From contig CAWJKT010000006.1 in NCBI GenBank assembly GCA_963843375.1, positions 224,001 through 288,000 on the forward strand: a DNA stretch of 64,000 nucleotides, written 5' to 3'. Each line of letters begins with the position of its first letter. Within the stretch, counting starts at the first letter, position 1. The translations under genes were made by a program, and so were the position numbers. Shown here piece by piece: positions 31,274 to 41,778 of this stretch. The notes under the pieces were generated by a model. The model saw only the letters and a list, made by a program, of their open reading frames with translations, was not told where the DNA came from and made no database searches. The DNA is from an uncultured Pseudomonadota bacterium (GTDB lineage: Bacteria > Oederibacteriota > Muellerivitia > Muellerivitales > Muellerivitaceae).

Positions 31274-33709
31274 TTAAAAAGTACAGCTATTGCTGACCGT
31301 TACACTAATACCGGATACATTGCTGTAAGTGCCGCTGGAGGTTGCCGATGCCCCGCTCAGCACTTCCTGCTCGGTAAAGTTGCCCTGGGAACAACTGGTG
31401 GCACTGGGGTTGTCGTAAACGGCCCAACCGTCCCCGGCAATATTCCCCGGATTGTAATTCTGCAGGGCGCTGACGATGGCATTAAAACCATAGCCGCTGC
31501 CGCCATTACCGTTGTCGTTGATAATGACCAGTTCAGTATTTTCACCCGGAGCGGCTTCGACGGAAAAGCTTCCGCCGGAACCCGACGCTCCATTGCTTAA
31601 CGCTTCAAAATTGCCGTTCTGGTCATAGGTCGCCACAAAAACATTTCCGGGGGCCGCGCTCCAGTTCACCGTACCGCTGAGCGTGATCCCTTGGTAAGTA
31701 TTGGCGGTGTTAAAAGTGATACCTACGTTGTTGACGACGCCCACCGTATAGGGACCCATGATGGTGACCGGATCCCCGATACAAGGTTCCTGACCGTTAT
31801 CGCAATTATTACCGTTGGAGGAGTACCAAGCCTGGAACCAATATTGGGTGATTGTGGAGGGAAGGCTGTTGTCGATCATGTCATACCGGCCGCCATTCAC
31901 GGTCACGCTATTTCCCGAGTTGAGGTAGGAAACACAGTTGGAATCGGTGTAAACCGCCCAATCGATCTGGTCCGAATTGCTGACACCCCCCGGCGTATAG
32001 TCGGCATAGCCCCCTATCCCCGTAAAGGTACAAGGCTCCGACCCATAAGGGAATGGCATGTTCAAGCTTACGCCGCCGGATAGGGTGATGCTTTTTCCAC
32101 TCCCCAAACTGGAAAAACAATATCCCGCGGTGGCGGAGCCTCCGGCGGAGGCGAAACCGTAAAACTGATAATAATCGCCTACGTGAGGATTGTTGTTAAA
32201 GGGGGAGTCGCCGATGGGATACCCCACCCCGCTGGCCCCGTAAATGATCCCGACATCATAGCTGGTGGCCGTGGTGTCGGTGATGACCACGGAGTTGGTT
32301 ACGCTTTGGGCGTAAACCGAATTATATTCGTTCCCGTTAAAACCAGCGGCGACCACCCAAACCAACTGGTGGGTGCTGTTGACAGGGTACGTGGTCGTAT
32401 TTATGTTGACGCCCAAGGTCACGGGGTCGCCATAGGAATTAATACCGTCATTAAGGTTTATCGGCTGGTTGTTTGGATTCCCGACCGAGCAGGAAACCGG
32501 CACGGAATTGATATAGGTGACCGGATCGCTTGTGGTGGGCGTGGCCGAAGTGCTGGCGTTGCCTCCCACGTCATAGAAAGCCACCAAGTCAAAAGAGGGA
32601 ATATTGCCGTTGGAATTAAGGAGGGACACGCTGAATTTACCCGGATTACTGGGGACGGTCGATGAGGTAATCAGGGTTCCATAGTTGGTTCCCGACTCGT
32701 AAGCAAGGACGTGTATCCGGTTCGTACTGCTGACCGCATAACCATCGCTGAGGTTGTCGGTGAAGGTCACACCCCCCCCAACGCCTTGCGCGACGCTGCT
32801 GTCCCCGAAATTGATATTGCCCAAATTATAGGTACCGGCGGTAAAAGTGGACCCCTGGGCCGGAATGCCGCCCTGCGTATTGGAATTTGAGCCGTTCCAG
32901 TTGACATCCGTATAGGGCTCTCCAGGGAATGGACCCGCCTGGTCCACCAACCCGAGGTTTCCGGTCCTGCCGTTAAAGTCGTAATTGGCCAGGATGTAGT
33001 AGGTACCCGGGGAAGCCAGCGTCACGCTGAAGGAACCGCCGTTAGAGGTCACCGTCGTGGCCGCCGCGATGCTCACGCCGCTATTGCCGGCGATGTAGCT
33101 GCTGTTGTTATAGACCTCAATCCCAATCGCATCGGTGGAGTTCACTCCCGGGCTTGAGGCGAAACTGCCGGTGTAGGAGACACTGCCGCTTAATATCACT
33201 CCCGTGATCGTGGCAGTTACGGTGGCAGTTGGAGTCCCAGTGGGAGTCTTGGTCAGGGTGTACTGGCTAGTCGGGGTGGGGGTACCCGTTTGGGTGGGTG
33301 TGCCGGAATTAGTCGGCGTACTCGTAATCGTATAGGTCGCTGTGATGGTAGGAGTATTGGTAATCGTGGGGGTTGGAGTCGTGGTGGCGCTGTTGGTGGG
33401 AGTTCCGGAATTAGTAGGAGTGGCACTATTGGTCGGCGAGTTGGTAATCGTGTAGGTATCCGTCGTGGTGGCGGTGTTGCTGGGAGTGCTGGTAGGGGTC
33501 ACCGTGGCGGTGTTGGTCGGGGTCTGGGAGAAGGTCGGTGTACAAGTGTGTCCCGAACCGTCCGTACAGACGGTGTTGGTAACTGTGAAGGTAAAGGTGT
33601 TGGTGGGAGCGGCAGGGCTGGAAGGGCTGCTGCTTTTTGAGGGACATCCGATAGTTAAAAAAACAACTCCAATTAAAAGTGAAAATATTCCTATGATGCG
33701 AAGTTTCAT
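31274..33709 (-). CDS. Large secreted/lipoprotein with Thr-Pro repeats and beta-rich extracellular domains
   Basis: Lipobox-like LTIGC, TPTNT/TPT repeats, Asn/Gly/Ser/Tyr-rich. Confidence 0.8.
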   Translation of the reverse strand: MKLRIIGIFSLLIGVVFLTIGCPSKSSSPSSPAAPTNTFTFTVTNTVCTDGSGHTCTPTFSQTPTNTATVTPTSTPSNTATTTDTYTITNSPTNSATPTNSGTPTNSATTTPTPTITNTPTITATYTITSTPTNSGTPTQTGTPTPTSQYTLTKTPTGTPTATVTATITGVILSGSVSYTGSFASSPGVNSTDAIGIEVYNNSSYIAGNSGVSIAAATTVTSNGGSFSVTLASPGTYYILANYDFNGRTGNLGLVDQAGPFPGEPYTDVNWNGSNSNTQGGIPAQGSTFTAGTYNLGNINFGDSSVAQGVGGGVTFTDNLSDGYAVSSTNRIHVLAYESGTNYGTLITSSTVPSNPGKFSVSLLNSNGNIPSFDLVAFYDVGGNASTSATPTTSDPVTYINSVPVSCSVGNPNNQPINLNDGINSYGDPVTLGVNINTTTYPVNSTHQLVWVVAAGFNGNEYNSVYAQSVTNSVVITDTTATSYDVGIIYGASGVGYPIGDSPFNNNPHVGDYYQFYGFASAGGSATAGYCFSSLGSGKSITLSGGVSLNMPFPYGSEPCTFTGIGGYADYTPGGVSNSDQIDWAVYTDSNCVSYLNSGNSVTVNGGRYDMIDNSLPSTITQYWFQAWYSSNGNNCDNGQEPCIGDPVTIMGPYTVGVVNNVGITFNTANTYQGITLSGTVNWSAAPGNVFVATYDQNGNFEALSNGASGSGGSFSVEAAPGENTELVIINDNGNGGSGYGFNAIVSALQNYNPGNIAGDGWAVYDNPSATSCSQGNFTEQEVLSGASATSSGTYSNVSGISVTVSNSCTF

Positions 33710-33919
33710 TGAAATAACCTCAAATCGATATGGGGCGTTGGGAGGGGTGGGAGAAACTGTTTAACTAAAAAATTTTAGTTTGACCGTGAGCCGTAGGCAA
33801 CATAATAAATAACAGATAAAATTACACTTTTAATGTTAAATTTAAGTAAAAAAGGTTTTTAGTTGTCCCATGCACCTCCCCGTCGTGGATCGCGAAATCG
33901 ATTCTCTATCCCAATCCCC

Positions 33920-36619
33920 TTAAGGGGTGATTAAAAATTTGCCCCGCTGCAATACCATTTGGCCGTTCTGAATCACGTAATAGTAAATTCCAGGTGAGAC
34001 GGTCGATCCTTGCTGGTTCTTCGCCCCGACCCATTCGGTGGGGTCTCCCGACTGGCTGATACTGTTGACCAGTTCGCCCGAAAGGGTGTAAATGAAAACC
34101 TGCGCACCTGCGGGCAGGCAGCTGATTCTCAGAGAATGGTTCAAGGCCCAATGGGGGCTGTAAGGGTCAGGCCAGACATGAATGGCACAGGGAGGCGTCG
34201 AAGTTGGTGTAACAGAAGAAGTGGTGGTAAACGTGGCGGTCAAGGTGATGGTAGCCGTTATGGTCGGGCTGTTGGTAGGAGTGTTTGTGGGGGTCTGCGT
34301 CACCGTGGGGGTAACAGTATTCGTTGGTGACAGAGTCGACGGGGGAGTGACAGTTGGCGTGGAGGTAGCTAAGGCAAATTTGGTGACGAAAGCGTCGCCG
34401 AAGCCCCCCGTATCCCCGATAACGGTTTGATAGGCACCGGCCGTGATTGGGAAATTGGCAGAAGTCGTCATGCCGGTAATGTAAAGCCCTCCCGAACCAT
34501 CCATGGCCAAGCCTTGCCCATATTCAACGGAGCTTCCCCCTAAATAAGTGGAATAAAGAAGATTCGTGCCGGTCGGGTTCAATTCAAAGAGAAACGCATC
34601 CTGCGAACCCCCCAGGGCGGTTTGGAAAGCCCCCGGGGTGGTTGGGAAATTGGGGGAGGCGGTCCATCCCGAAACGAAGGCGTCTCCACTGGAATCCACC
34701 GCCAAGCCATACGCATATTCCGCGACGGTACCGCCAAGATAAGTGGAATATGCCAGGGAGGCTCCACCAGCGTTCAATTTAGTCACGACCGCATTTTCAC
34801 CCTTTTGAACCGTTTGATAGGCTCCGGAAGTTATGGGGTAGTTCGTCGCGTCGGTGGAGCCGCCCACATAGGCATTACCGGCTGAGTCCACCGTGATCAC
34901 TCCCCCGTAATTGTTGCCGTTCCCCGCAAGGTAAGTGGAGTACACCAACCCGCTCCCCGAAGGATTCAACTCGGTTACCATGATATCGGAGGCCCCGGTG
35001 ACGTAATTGGGTTGGAACGAGCCTGGGGTGGTGGGAAAACCGCCCAGGGTGTAGCCCACGACATAGGCATCATCAGCCGGGTCCAGGGCGATCCCGAACC
35101 CATCGGAGACATCGGTCCCGTTCAGGTAAGTGGAATAGACCAAGCCGGTTCCGTTGGGGTTCACCTTGGTGATGAAGAGGCCCGAGAGGGGTGGTGCGAC
35201 GGTTTCATAAGCCCCGGATGTAGTTGGAAAGTTTGGCGAGCTGACATCGCCTTCCACATAAGCGTTGCCCCCGGCGTCAACCGCGATGCCGGTCCCTTCA
35301 TCGTTCTGGGATCCTCCCAGGTAAGAGGAATAGACCAGGGCCGAACCCGTAGGATTGAGTTTGGTGACAAAAGCGTCATAATCCCCTCCCACGGCCGACT
35401 GGAAGGCACCCGGAGTGGTCGGGTAATTGGTGGTACCGGTGAAACCGGTGACATAGGCGTTCCCGCCTCCGTCCAAGGCGATGGCGGAGCCCTCGTTGAC
35501 GGGTCCGCCCAAGGTTGTACCGGGGTCCGCGATGGTCCCCCCTAAAAAGGTGGAATAGACCAGAGCGGTCCCGGTGGGGTTCAACTTCGTCACGAACGCG
35601 TTGAAACCAGCGATCGTATTCTGGAAAGCGCCAGCCGTGATCGGGAAATTGGTGGAGTCGGAATAACCCACGATATATGCATTCCCCCCGGCATCCACCG
35701 CGATGCCCGTGCCCTCTTCCTGGCGGATTCCCCCCAGAAATGTGGAATAGGCCAGCACAGGATCGATGACCAGAGGCTGGGTGCGATCGTAAGTTCCCAC
35801 CCGGAACCCGATGATGCCCTTTCCCACAAGGGCGTATCTTCCATTCACGATCATCCTCCGGCCAGCCAGATCCTGATAGGCCACCGGCGCCTTGAAGACC
35901 GCCGCCCCCTGACCCCTTCCTAAATATAGGTCCCCCTTACCGTCCAGATGAATCCCCCGGGGACCGCTATAGGCCAGCCGGATCTGCCCCGGGTCGGCGC
36001 CCGGTTTTAAGACAAAGTCATACTCCAGCCGGCCTTGCCGCCCGTAATAGACCATGTCGATGCCGGTATAAACGTCCTTGGCCACGACACGACTATATTG
36101 GGGGATGTTCGAATGCCATTTTTTGGGGTCGTTACCGAGGAAATAGTTGCTGTGGCCGAGGAGTTTTTGATCCCCTTCCCAGGAAGCCCGGGGATCAGCT
36201 CCTTTGAGCCCCAGCCAAACCGTTTGGTGAGAACGGGGCGAAGGCTTGGTACTTGGAAGTTTCGGCGAATACCATACATGGGTCTCTTTCCTTCCCAGCC
36301 CCTCGGGCCCTACCCATGACAAGAAGGCTCCTGTTTCGGTCAGAAAAAGAGTGTAACCCGATCCCCGAGCCAGGAACTTGACCTTTGAGTCGGCCTGCCC
36401 CTCGTTGGGTTCGAAAGCCAAGGGCAGAAGGCCGAAGGTGTTTTTAAGGTCAATCAGGGATGGATCATGAGGAAAAAATCGGGAAGGCACGCCGTGGAAT
36501 ATCCTCTGGAAGAAGTTCCGGACAGGAACCGGCGACCGATAGACGAAAAAACCAATCACCAAGACGAAAAGAAGGGGCCCCATGGCCAAACTGACCGGTC
36601 GAAAAAGACACCACTTCAT
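33920..36619 (-). CDS. SBBP (seven-bladed beta-propeller) repeat surface protein with TP linker and FlgD/CTD-like C-terminus
   Basis: FEPNEGQ N-terminal domain, repeats 'YSTYLGG...G.GIAVD..GNAYV.G.T.S.NFPTT.GAFQ'. Confidence 0.9.
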   Translation of the reverse strand: MKWCLFRPVSLAMGPLLFVLVIGFFVYRSPVPVRNFFQRIFHGVPSRFFPHDPSLIDLKNTFGLLPLAFEPNEGQADSKVKFLARGSGYTLFLTETGAFLSWVGPEGLGRKETHVWYSPKLPSTKPSPRSHQTVWLGLKGADPRASWEGDQKLLGHSNYFLGNDPKKWHSNIPQYSRVVAKDVYTGIDMVYYGRQGRLEYDFVLKPGADPGQIRLAYSGPRGIHLDGKGDLYLGRGQGAAVFKAPVAYQDLAGRRMIVNGRYALVGKGIIGFRVGTYDRTQPLVIDPVLAYSTFLGGIRQEEGTGIAVDAGGNAYIVGYSDSTNFPITAGAFQNTIAGFNAFVTKLNPTGTALVYSTFLGGTIADPGTTLGGPVNEGSAIALDGGGNAYVTGFTGTTNYPTTPGAFQSAVGGDYDAFVTKLNPTGSALVYSSYLGGSQNDEGTGIAVDAGGNAYVEGDVSSPNFPTTSGAYETVAPPLSGLFITKVNPNGTGLVYSTYLNGTDVSDGFGIALDPADDAYVVGYTLGGFPTTPGSFQPNYVTGASDIMVTELNPSGSGLVYSTYLAGNGNNYGGVITVDSAGNAYVGGSTDATNYPITSGAYQTVQKGENAVVTKLNAGGASLAYSTYLGGTVAEYAYGLAVDSSGDAFVSGWTASPNFPTTPGAFQTALGGSQDAFLFELNPTGTNLLYSTYLGGSSVEYGQGLAMDGSGGLYITGMTTSANFPITAGAYQTVIGDTGGFGDAFVTKFALATSTPTVTPPSTLSPTNTVTPTVTQTPTNTPTNSPTITATITLTATFTTTSSVTPTSTPPCAIHVWPDPYSPHWALNHSLRISCLPAGAQVFIYTLSGELVNSISQSGDPTEWVGAKNQQGSTVSPGIYYYVIQNGQMVLQRGKFLITP

Positions 36620-36825
36620 ATGCCCTCCCAATAAAAACCCCCGCGATCAAGCCTTTGGGTCCAGACGAAGAGGGGTCCATAAGTCTTCTAAATACAAAAC
36701 CAATTAATATGGATTTTATCACCAAACCGCAGCCCTCTTGATAAAAGCAGGTCACTTTTTCCGCTTTTTTGGAACAGGTCAGGTTTGAATTTCATGTTGA
36801 ATAGCGTTTTATTTTAATTATTTAG

Positions 36826-37266
36826 TCAGCTCACCTTTTTTCTATTTCGAGGCTTAAACCCATATCTTATTGCCACTTCAAGTACATCAATGTTTATATC
36901 TTTCAGCGTTTTGAACTTAATGCAATATCCGCTCACACTCACCTTGCCGAGTTTTTTTCCGTATGTTCTGGCTAAATATTTCTTATCCTTGATACCAAGT
37001 ATATAGACAGAGATTCCGGTTTTGTTTGCACTGATACCAATTCGATAAAACTCTCTGGTTTTTCCTCCCGCATATTTTATGGTTTGAAACCCATATCCTA
37101 TATTAGGATTAGAAATAATTTTATTCTCGCTGTTTTTACCGCCCAAGAACCATAATTTACACGCTGGCATTACTTGAAGAATGATGCGGTGCAACGCTTG
37201 CATGTCGCTGTGTTTTGGTTCAGGTTGGCTACTAATATACTTTTTGATTTGTTTTTGAACGTTCAT
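36826..37266 (-). CDS. DUF1801-like protein
   Basis: YISSQPEPK...IGYG...ISVYI...CIKFKTLKDINIDVL; noticeably AT-rich. Confidence 0.7.
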   Translation of the reverse strand: MNVQKQIKKYISSQPEPKHSDMQALHRIILQVMPACKLWFLGGKNSENKIISNPNIGYGFQTIKYAGGKTREFYRIGISANKTGISVYILGIKDKKYLARTYGKKLGKVSVSGYCIKFKTLKDINIDVLEVAIRYGFKPRNRKKVS

Positions 37267-37454
37267 ATAAATCCGGGATTCCCCAGATGACTTCTCCCTA
37301 CAACATCGCCGGTTAATTTGTTCCTCATTTAATTCCCCTCCTTCCCCCTGCTTCCTTTACTTGTCCAATCTTGGTCCCCGTCGGACAATTATTCCTGGGA
37401 ATCTCGCCGCCCTCACAACAACTTGTCTGGGGAATGATCAACAAGTTGGCCGCC

Positions 37455-38039
37455 TTAGGCTCCAATAGTACCTGTCTTAACTTTTCCGGCCCGCTTGTAA
37501 TTGGCAAAGATCACTCCGGTTGGCGTTACCATACTCTCGGTTAATGTAAATGCCGCCGGAATCGCGCCACCGTCAAACAACTTTTTTCCTTTACCAAGGG
37601 TCAACGGGCAGATCCTGAGCCAGAGTTCGTCCACTAAATCATTCTTCAGTAGAAGTTGAATGAGCTCACCACTGCCGTGAACTTGAATGTCAGGACCTTT
37701 TGAATTTTTGAGCTTTTTGATATCCGCTGAGCTTTTGATAAAAACTGAGTTTTTCCAATCCGACTTTTTCAGGGTCTTGGACAGGACATACTTTGTCCCT
37801 TCATTGATGCCTGGCCAAAAGTCTGAATGTTTAGGCCAATAGGGGGCCCAACTCTCAAACGTTTTTCTGCCCAAAAGATAATCCGCGGGTTTCGAAAGTT
37901 GTTCCTGGACCTTCTTCCTCCCAACTTCGGTAATATAAGGCGCAATCCAACCGCCATATTTGAAACCGCCTGATTTATCTTGCCCAGCTTGCATAACTCC
38001 ATCTAATGTAATAGCTGATAAGACGATAATTTTTCTCAT
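37455..38039 (-). CDS. Dihydrofolate reductase-like / RibD C-terminal family protein
   Basis: MRKIIV...TLDGVMQ, LLGRKTFE, GSGELIQ, LVDEL...PLTLGKGKKLF. Confidence 0.9.
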   Translation of the reverse strand: MRKIIVLSAITLDGVMQAGQDKSGGFKYGGWIAPYITEVGRKKVQEQLSKPADYLLGRKTFESWAPYWPKHSDFWPGINEGTKYVLSKTLKKSDWKNSVFIKSSADIKKLKNSKGPDIQVHGSGELIQLLLKNDLVDELWLRICPLTLGKGKKLFDGGAIPAAFTLTESMVTPTGVIFANYKRAGKVKTGTIGA

Positions 38040-38247
38040 GTAATCGCCCCCTCCAAAGTTCAATTGTTAAATAAAATTCCAAACACAAACTGCGACATTT
38101 TAATTAATATTCTTTTGTCCACGATGGGTCCTCGTCAATGACAACTTCATTGTTCATTAAGTCTTCACTAACGTGCGAAACGCAAAAACCCGCATAGTGT
38201 GCAAAGGAGCCTTGATCTAAGTCGATAGCATCAATCCCGCCCCATCG

Positions 38248-38664
38248 TCAAAGCAGCCCACGATGGCCTCGATAGTCCGAATTTTTATCAAGTCCACGCT
38301 CTTGGATGACTTTCCCGGCCGCAGCTAACGCCGTCGCAACAGCCGGAAATCCCACATAAGGCAGCGCCTGAACCAGGGCCTCTTCGATTTCATCGAGGGT
38401 GAGGCCATTGTTGAGAGCAATATTCATGTGGATCGCGAACTCATTTGGCTGCCTCAAGGCGATCATGACGGCCATCGACACCAGACTGCGCGCTTTCCGA
38501 TCCAAGCCCGGCCGAGTCCAGATTTCGCCGAAGGCCTGATCAATTGCAAATCTCGCAACCATTGAGCCAAACGTGCCTGATTCGGCGGATGCCAATAGTC
38601 GCTCCGAAGTTTCTTCGCCCATTAATTCGACTATGATTTTTTCACCTGCTTCTCTTCGTTCCAT
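38248..38664 (-). CDS. Carboxymuconolactone decarboxylase family protein
   Basis: FGEIWTRPGLDRKARSL...H...ALNNGLT..EIEE...PYVGFP. Confidence 0.9.
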   Translation of the reverse strand: MERREAGEKIIVELMGEETSERLLASAESGTFGSMVARFAIDQAFGEIWTRPGLDRKARSLVSMAVMIALRQPNEFAIHMNIALNNGLTLDEIEEALVQALPYVGFPAVATALAAAGKVIQERGLDKNSDYRGHRGLL

Positions 38665-38868
38665 AACCACCCCCCAAGTTTGTTCCATCGATCAAATTAT
38701 TACTATAAATAGGAACGCCCCGTCCACGACGGGTTCCCGCCGTGGACAGGGCGTTTCGCCCGCTTGACCATAAAATTATTTTAATTTATTTGAAACAACT
38801 TTTTGGCAAGATTTGAAAGGTTCAAAACGCGTTAAGTTTAAACGGGGATGAAAAAAAGCCGGGCAACA

Positions 38869-40224
38869 TCATCCCGGCAGGGGCTTGGTGACGAGCGTCG
38901 AGAGATAGTCCCTTAACGCGTCCAATTCCTCCGGTGTGCCCACGATCTGCGGCATATAGGCGTGGTAGGGGGAATCAGGCTTGTCCTCGTGTAGTATTTT
39001 CAAAAGACTTCCGATGGCTTCCTTGTCCCTTCCGGCCAAAAGCTGGTTTATGGGCCGGTAGCCGTCCACGGTGTGGCAGGACATGCATTGGCCCCGGAAC
39101 ATGGCCTCGCCCACCGCCAAATGCGGGTCCCCTCCCTCCCTCACCCAGGAGGAATGGGTCAAAAAGCCGTCGTTGTTGAATTTGTCCACCGACTTCAGGC
39201 GAACCCCGTTGGAGAACATGTGCCCCACGATGATGTAGGGCTTGCGAAGCATTTCCCGCACATATTCGGAGGAGGCGGTGGCGCAGAGCCCCAATAGCAA
39301 TATGGCCATGGCGTGGCCCGGGCGGAAGTCGTTTGGCGAGCGCCAAGCGAAGAAATAAACCACCCCCACCACCGTAACTGAGGTCATCAGGATGACTAGG
39401 ACCATTCGGGTCACCTGGGTGAACATTCCCTTGCCCATGGTGGCGATGCCCAGTTCCAAAAGGCCCCTCTGGGATTCGGGAATCTGGTGGAGGAACCATA
39501 GCAAAAGAAAGGGCATGCTGAAAAAAAGCGGCAGAAGCCATTGGGCGCTCCAATGCACCAGTTCGGCCCGCAAGGCGGCATCCTCATGGCCCATGCGGCT
39601 GTAGGAAACCAATGCCCAAACCCCCGCAAGGGAAAAGCAGACCCCCATGCGGAGAAAGAGGCTGGGCCAATAGGTGGGGTTAAAGAAAGCCTCCCAAAAG
39701 CGGCTGGACTCCTGCCCCGTGCCGGCCACCGAAAGCCATGCGGCCCCAGGAGTCAGCTTGAAAGTAAGGATGCCGTTGATGATGATAAGAGTGAAAAGAG
39801 AGGAAACCGCGTAAAGAAGCCCCACTTTCAAGTGCAGTTCGTCGGAAATGCGGCCCCAGGTGTAGTAATAGACCGCCACGGTGCTGAGCTCCACGATGAA
39901 GAAAACCCACTCAATGGCCCAACCGAAGACGAAGTTGTGGATGAGGGTGCTAGTGGCCTCGGGCGCGGCCAGGCCGATGGCGAACCAGATGCCCACCCCC
40001 GAAACCGTACCGAAAACGCCCGTCACGAGCAGGAAGAAGCGCGAGTGTGCCTGGATGATCTTAAGCCAGTCCAACCGGCCGTCCTTGAGGGCCTTGCGTT
40101 CGGCGAAATAAAGGTAGATGCCCCCGCCCACGGCGAACTGGGAAATCATCACGTGGAAGATGGCGATCATGCCGATCACCCATCCGCTGCCGGTGAAGGG
40201 GACGACCCAGAAGGGATAGTTCAT
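38869..40224 (-). CDS. Cytochrome bd oxidase subunit I-like membrane protein with C-terminal c-type heme
   Basis: FHVMISQFAVGGG, WAIEWVFF, EYVREMLRKPY, CMSCH. Confidence 0.75.
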   Translation of the reverse strand: MNYPFWVVPFTGSGWVIGMIAIFHVMISQFAVGGGIYLYFAERKALKDGRLDWLKIIQAHSRFFLLVTGVFGTVSGVGIWFAIGLAAPEATSTLIHNFVFGWAIEWVFFIVELSTVAVYYYTWGRISDELHLKVGLLYAVSSLFTLIIINGILTFKLTPGAAWLSVAGTGQESSRFWEAFFNPTYWPSLFLRMGVCFSLAGVWALVSYSRMGHEDAALRAELVHWSAQWLLPLFFSMPFLLLWFLHQIPESQRGLLELGIATMGKGMFTQVTRMVLVILMTSVTVVGVVYFFAWRSPNDFRPGHAMAILLLGLCATASSEYVREMLRKPYIIVGHMFSNGVRLKSVDKFNNDGFLTHSSWVREGGDPHLAVGEAMFRGQCMSCHTVDGYRPINQLLAGRDKEAIGSLLKILHEDKPDSPYHAYMPQIVGTPEELDALRDYLSTLVTKPLPG

Positions 40225-40241
40225 TTTTTAAAATCTCCTTT

Positions 40242-41312
40242 TCAAACGCCCAGGTAGCCCCAGACGGTCAACCCCGCCAGGAGCCCCAGGACCAGAAGGC
40301 CGAAATAGGTGGCGTTTTTCCCCCGTCGGCCCGAATTGGAAACGGGGTCATAGAGGGGGACGAGGAACCACAACACCAATCCTAGGGTGAAAAGCACGAG
40401 CCCCAGGCTTTCCCCCATTTCTCCCGGAAAAAGCTTCCCGAAAACCTTGAGCACCTGAAAGGAACTCATGAAATACCATTCGGGATGGATTCCAGGGGGG
40501 GCGGACTTAAGTAAATCAGCCTGGTCACCCAGTTCCCAGGGAAAGAGGGCGGCGAAAAGGGTAAGCAGGTTGAGGGTGATGAGCCACATGGCCAGATCCT
40601 GCATCATGAAGTTGGGAAAAAAGGGGATGCTTTTGCGCTTGGACGGCTGGACCGATACCTCGGACGGCGGCAGGGCGTTGCCGTGCTTCTGCACCAGCCA
40701 GAGGTGAAAGGCCAGGAGGGGAATGAAAATGGCGGGCATGACCACCACGTGCAGGGCGAAAAAACGCTGGACCGTGGTGGCCGTCACGTCCGAACCGCCC
40801 CGGACGATGCTCGAAATCTGGTGACCGATTAGGGGGAAATGGGTGGGAATATCCAGCCCCACCTTGGTGGCGAAAAGGGCTAGCTCGTTCATGGGCAAAA
40901 GATAGCCGCTGAAGCCCCAGACCATGGTGAGGATGAGGAGGAAAATACCGCTCCACCAACCGAATTCCCGGGGACTGCGGTAGGCCTTCATGAAAAAGAC
41001 CGAGAACATGTGGACGAAAATTGCCAGCACCATCAGATTGGCGGCCCAGGAATGAGTGGAGCGGATGAGCCAGCCGAAATTAATCTCGTAACTGATTTGC
41101 CGCACCGACTCATAGGCCGAGGGGCCAGGCTGGTAATAGATGAGCAAAAGCACGCCCGTAACCCCCTGGACGAGGAAGAGGAAAAGCGAGATGCCGCCCC
41201 AGTAATACCAGAAGGAGTGCTTGTGCTGGGGCACGGTCTTGTGGCTGGCGAATTCGATGATCTCGCTTAGGCCGAGGCGCTCGTCGACCCAGTTGTAGAT
41301 TTTCTTGTTCAT
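40242..41312 (-). CDS. Cytochrome b of a bc/b6f-type complex (fused subunit IV)
   Basis: GWLIRSTHSWAAN, HMFSVF, RFFALH, HPEWYF. Confidence 0.93.
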   Translation of the reverse strand: MNKKIYNWVDERLGLSEIIEFASHKTVPQHKHSFWYYWGGISLFLFLVQGVTGVLLLIYYQPGPSAYESVRQISYEINFGWLIRSTHSWAANLMVLAIFVHMFSVFFMKAYRSPREFGWWSGIFLLILTMVWGFSGYLLPMNELALFATKVGLDIPTHFPLIGHQISSIVRGGSDVTATTVQRFFALHVVVMPAIFIPLLAFHLWLVQKHGNALPPSEVSVQPSKRKSIPFFPNFMMQDLAMWLITLNLLTLFAALFPWELGDQADLLKSAPPGIHPEWYFMSSFQVLKVFGKLFPGEMGESLGLVLFTLGLVLWFLVPLYDPVSNSGRRGKNATYFGLLVLGLLAGLTVWGYLGV

Positions 41313-41322
41313 TCTCTTTTTC

Positions 41323-41778
41323 CTAAGTTCTGGATACGGCCACGCCGCCGGGTACCACTTTGGCCACGTAAAGGGTTAAGGGCCGGGGCGGGGGCCCGCT
41401 GATGTTTTTTCCTGTTTGGGCGTCGTATTCGCCGCCGTGGCAATTGCAATGGATGACGTTGCGGACCGGCAAATATTCCACCGTGCAGCCCAGGTGGGTA
41501 CAGACCGCGTCCATGGCCACCCAATTTCCGTCCTCATGGTGGATGAGGAGCGAGGGCCGGGAACCGAAGCTGAACATCAGGACACTCCCTTTTGGGAGGT
41601 TTTCCGCGTCCTTCAAAGTGACCTCGGTGACTGTGGACATGCCCGCTTCCTTCTCGGCGGGCGAGGTGAGATAGCGGTAGACCGGATAGCCGATGGCTGC
41701 CCCGTAGCAGGCCCCCACGCCTAGGACCGCCACCTTCACGAACTCGCGGCGGGTGATGGGCATCTTCGGATCAGTCAT
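41323..41778 (-). CDS. Rieske 2Fe-2S protein with Tat-like signal
   Basis: TRREFV, CTHLGC, CNCHGGEY, GPPPRPL. Confidence 0.95.
   Translation of the reverse strand: MTDPKMPITRREFVKVAVLGVGACYGAAIGYPVYRYLTSPAEKEAGMSTVTEVTLKDAENLPKGSVLMFSFGSRPSLLIHHEDGNWVAMDAVCTHLGCTVEYLPVRNVIHCNCHGGEYDAQTGKNISGPPPRPLTLYVAKVVPGGVAVSRT

Noticed and set aside
36658..36682. Possible 12th site between SBBP and DUF1801 (GGTCCAGACGAAGAGGGGTCCAT)
   Set aside because: Spacing is broken and there is no right arm; cannot be distinguished from chance.
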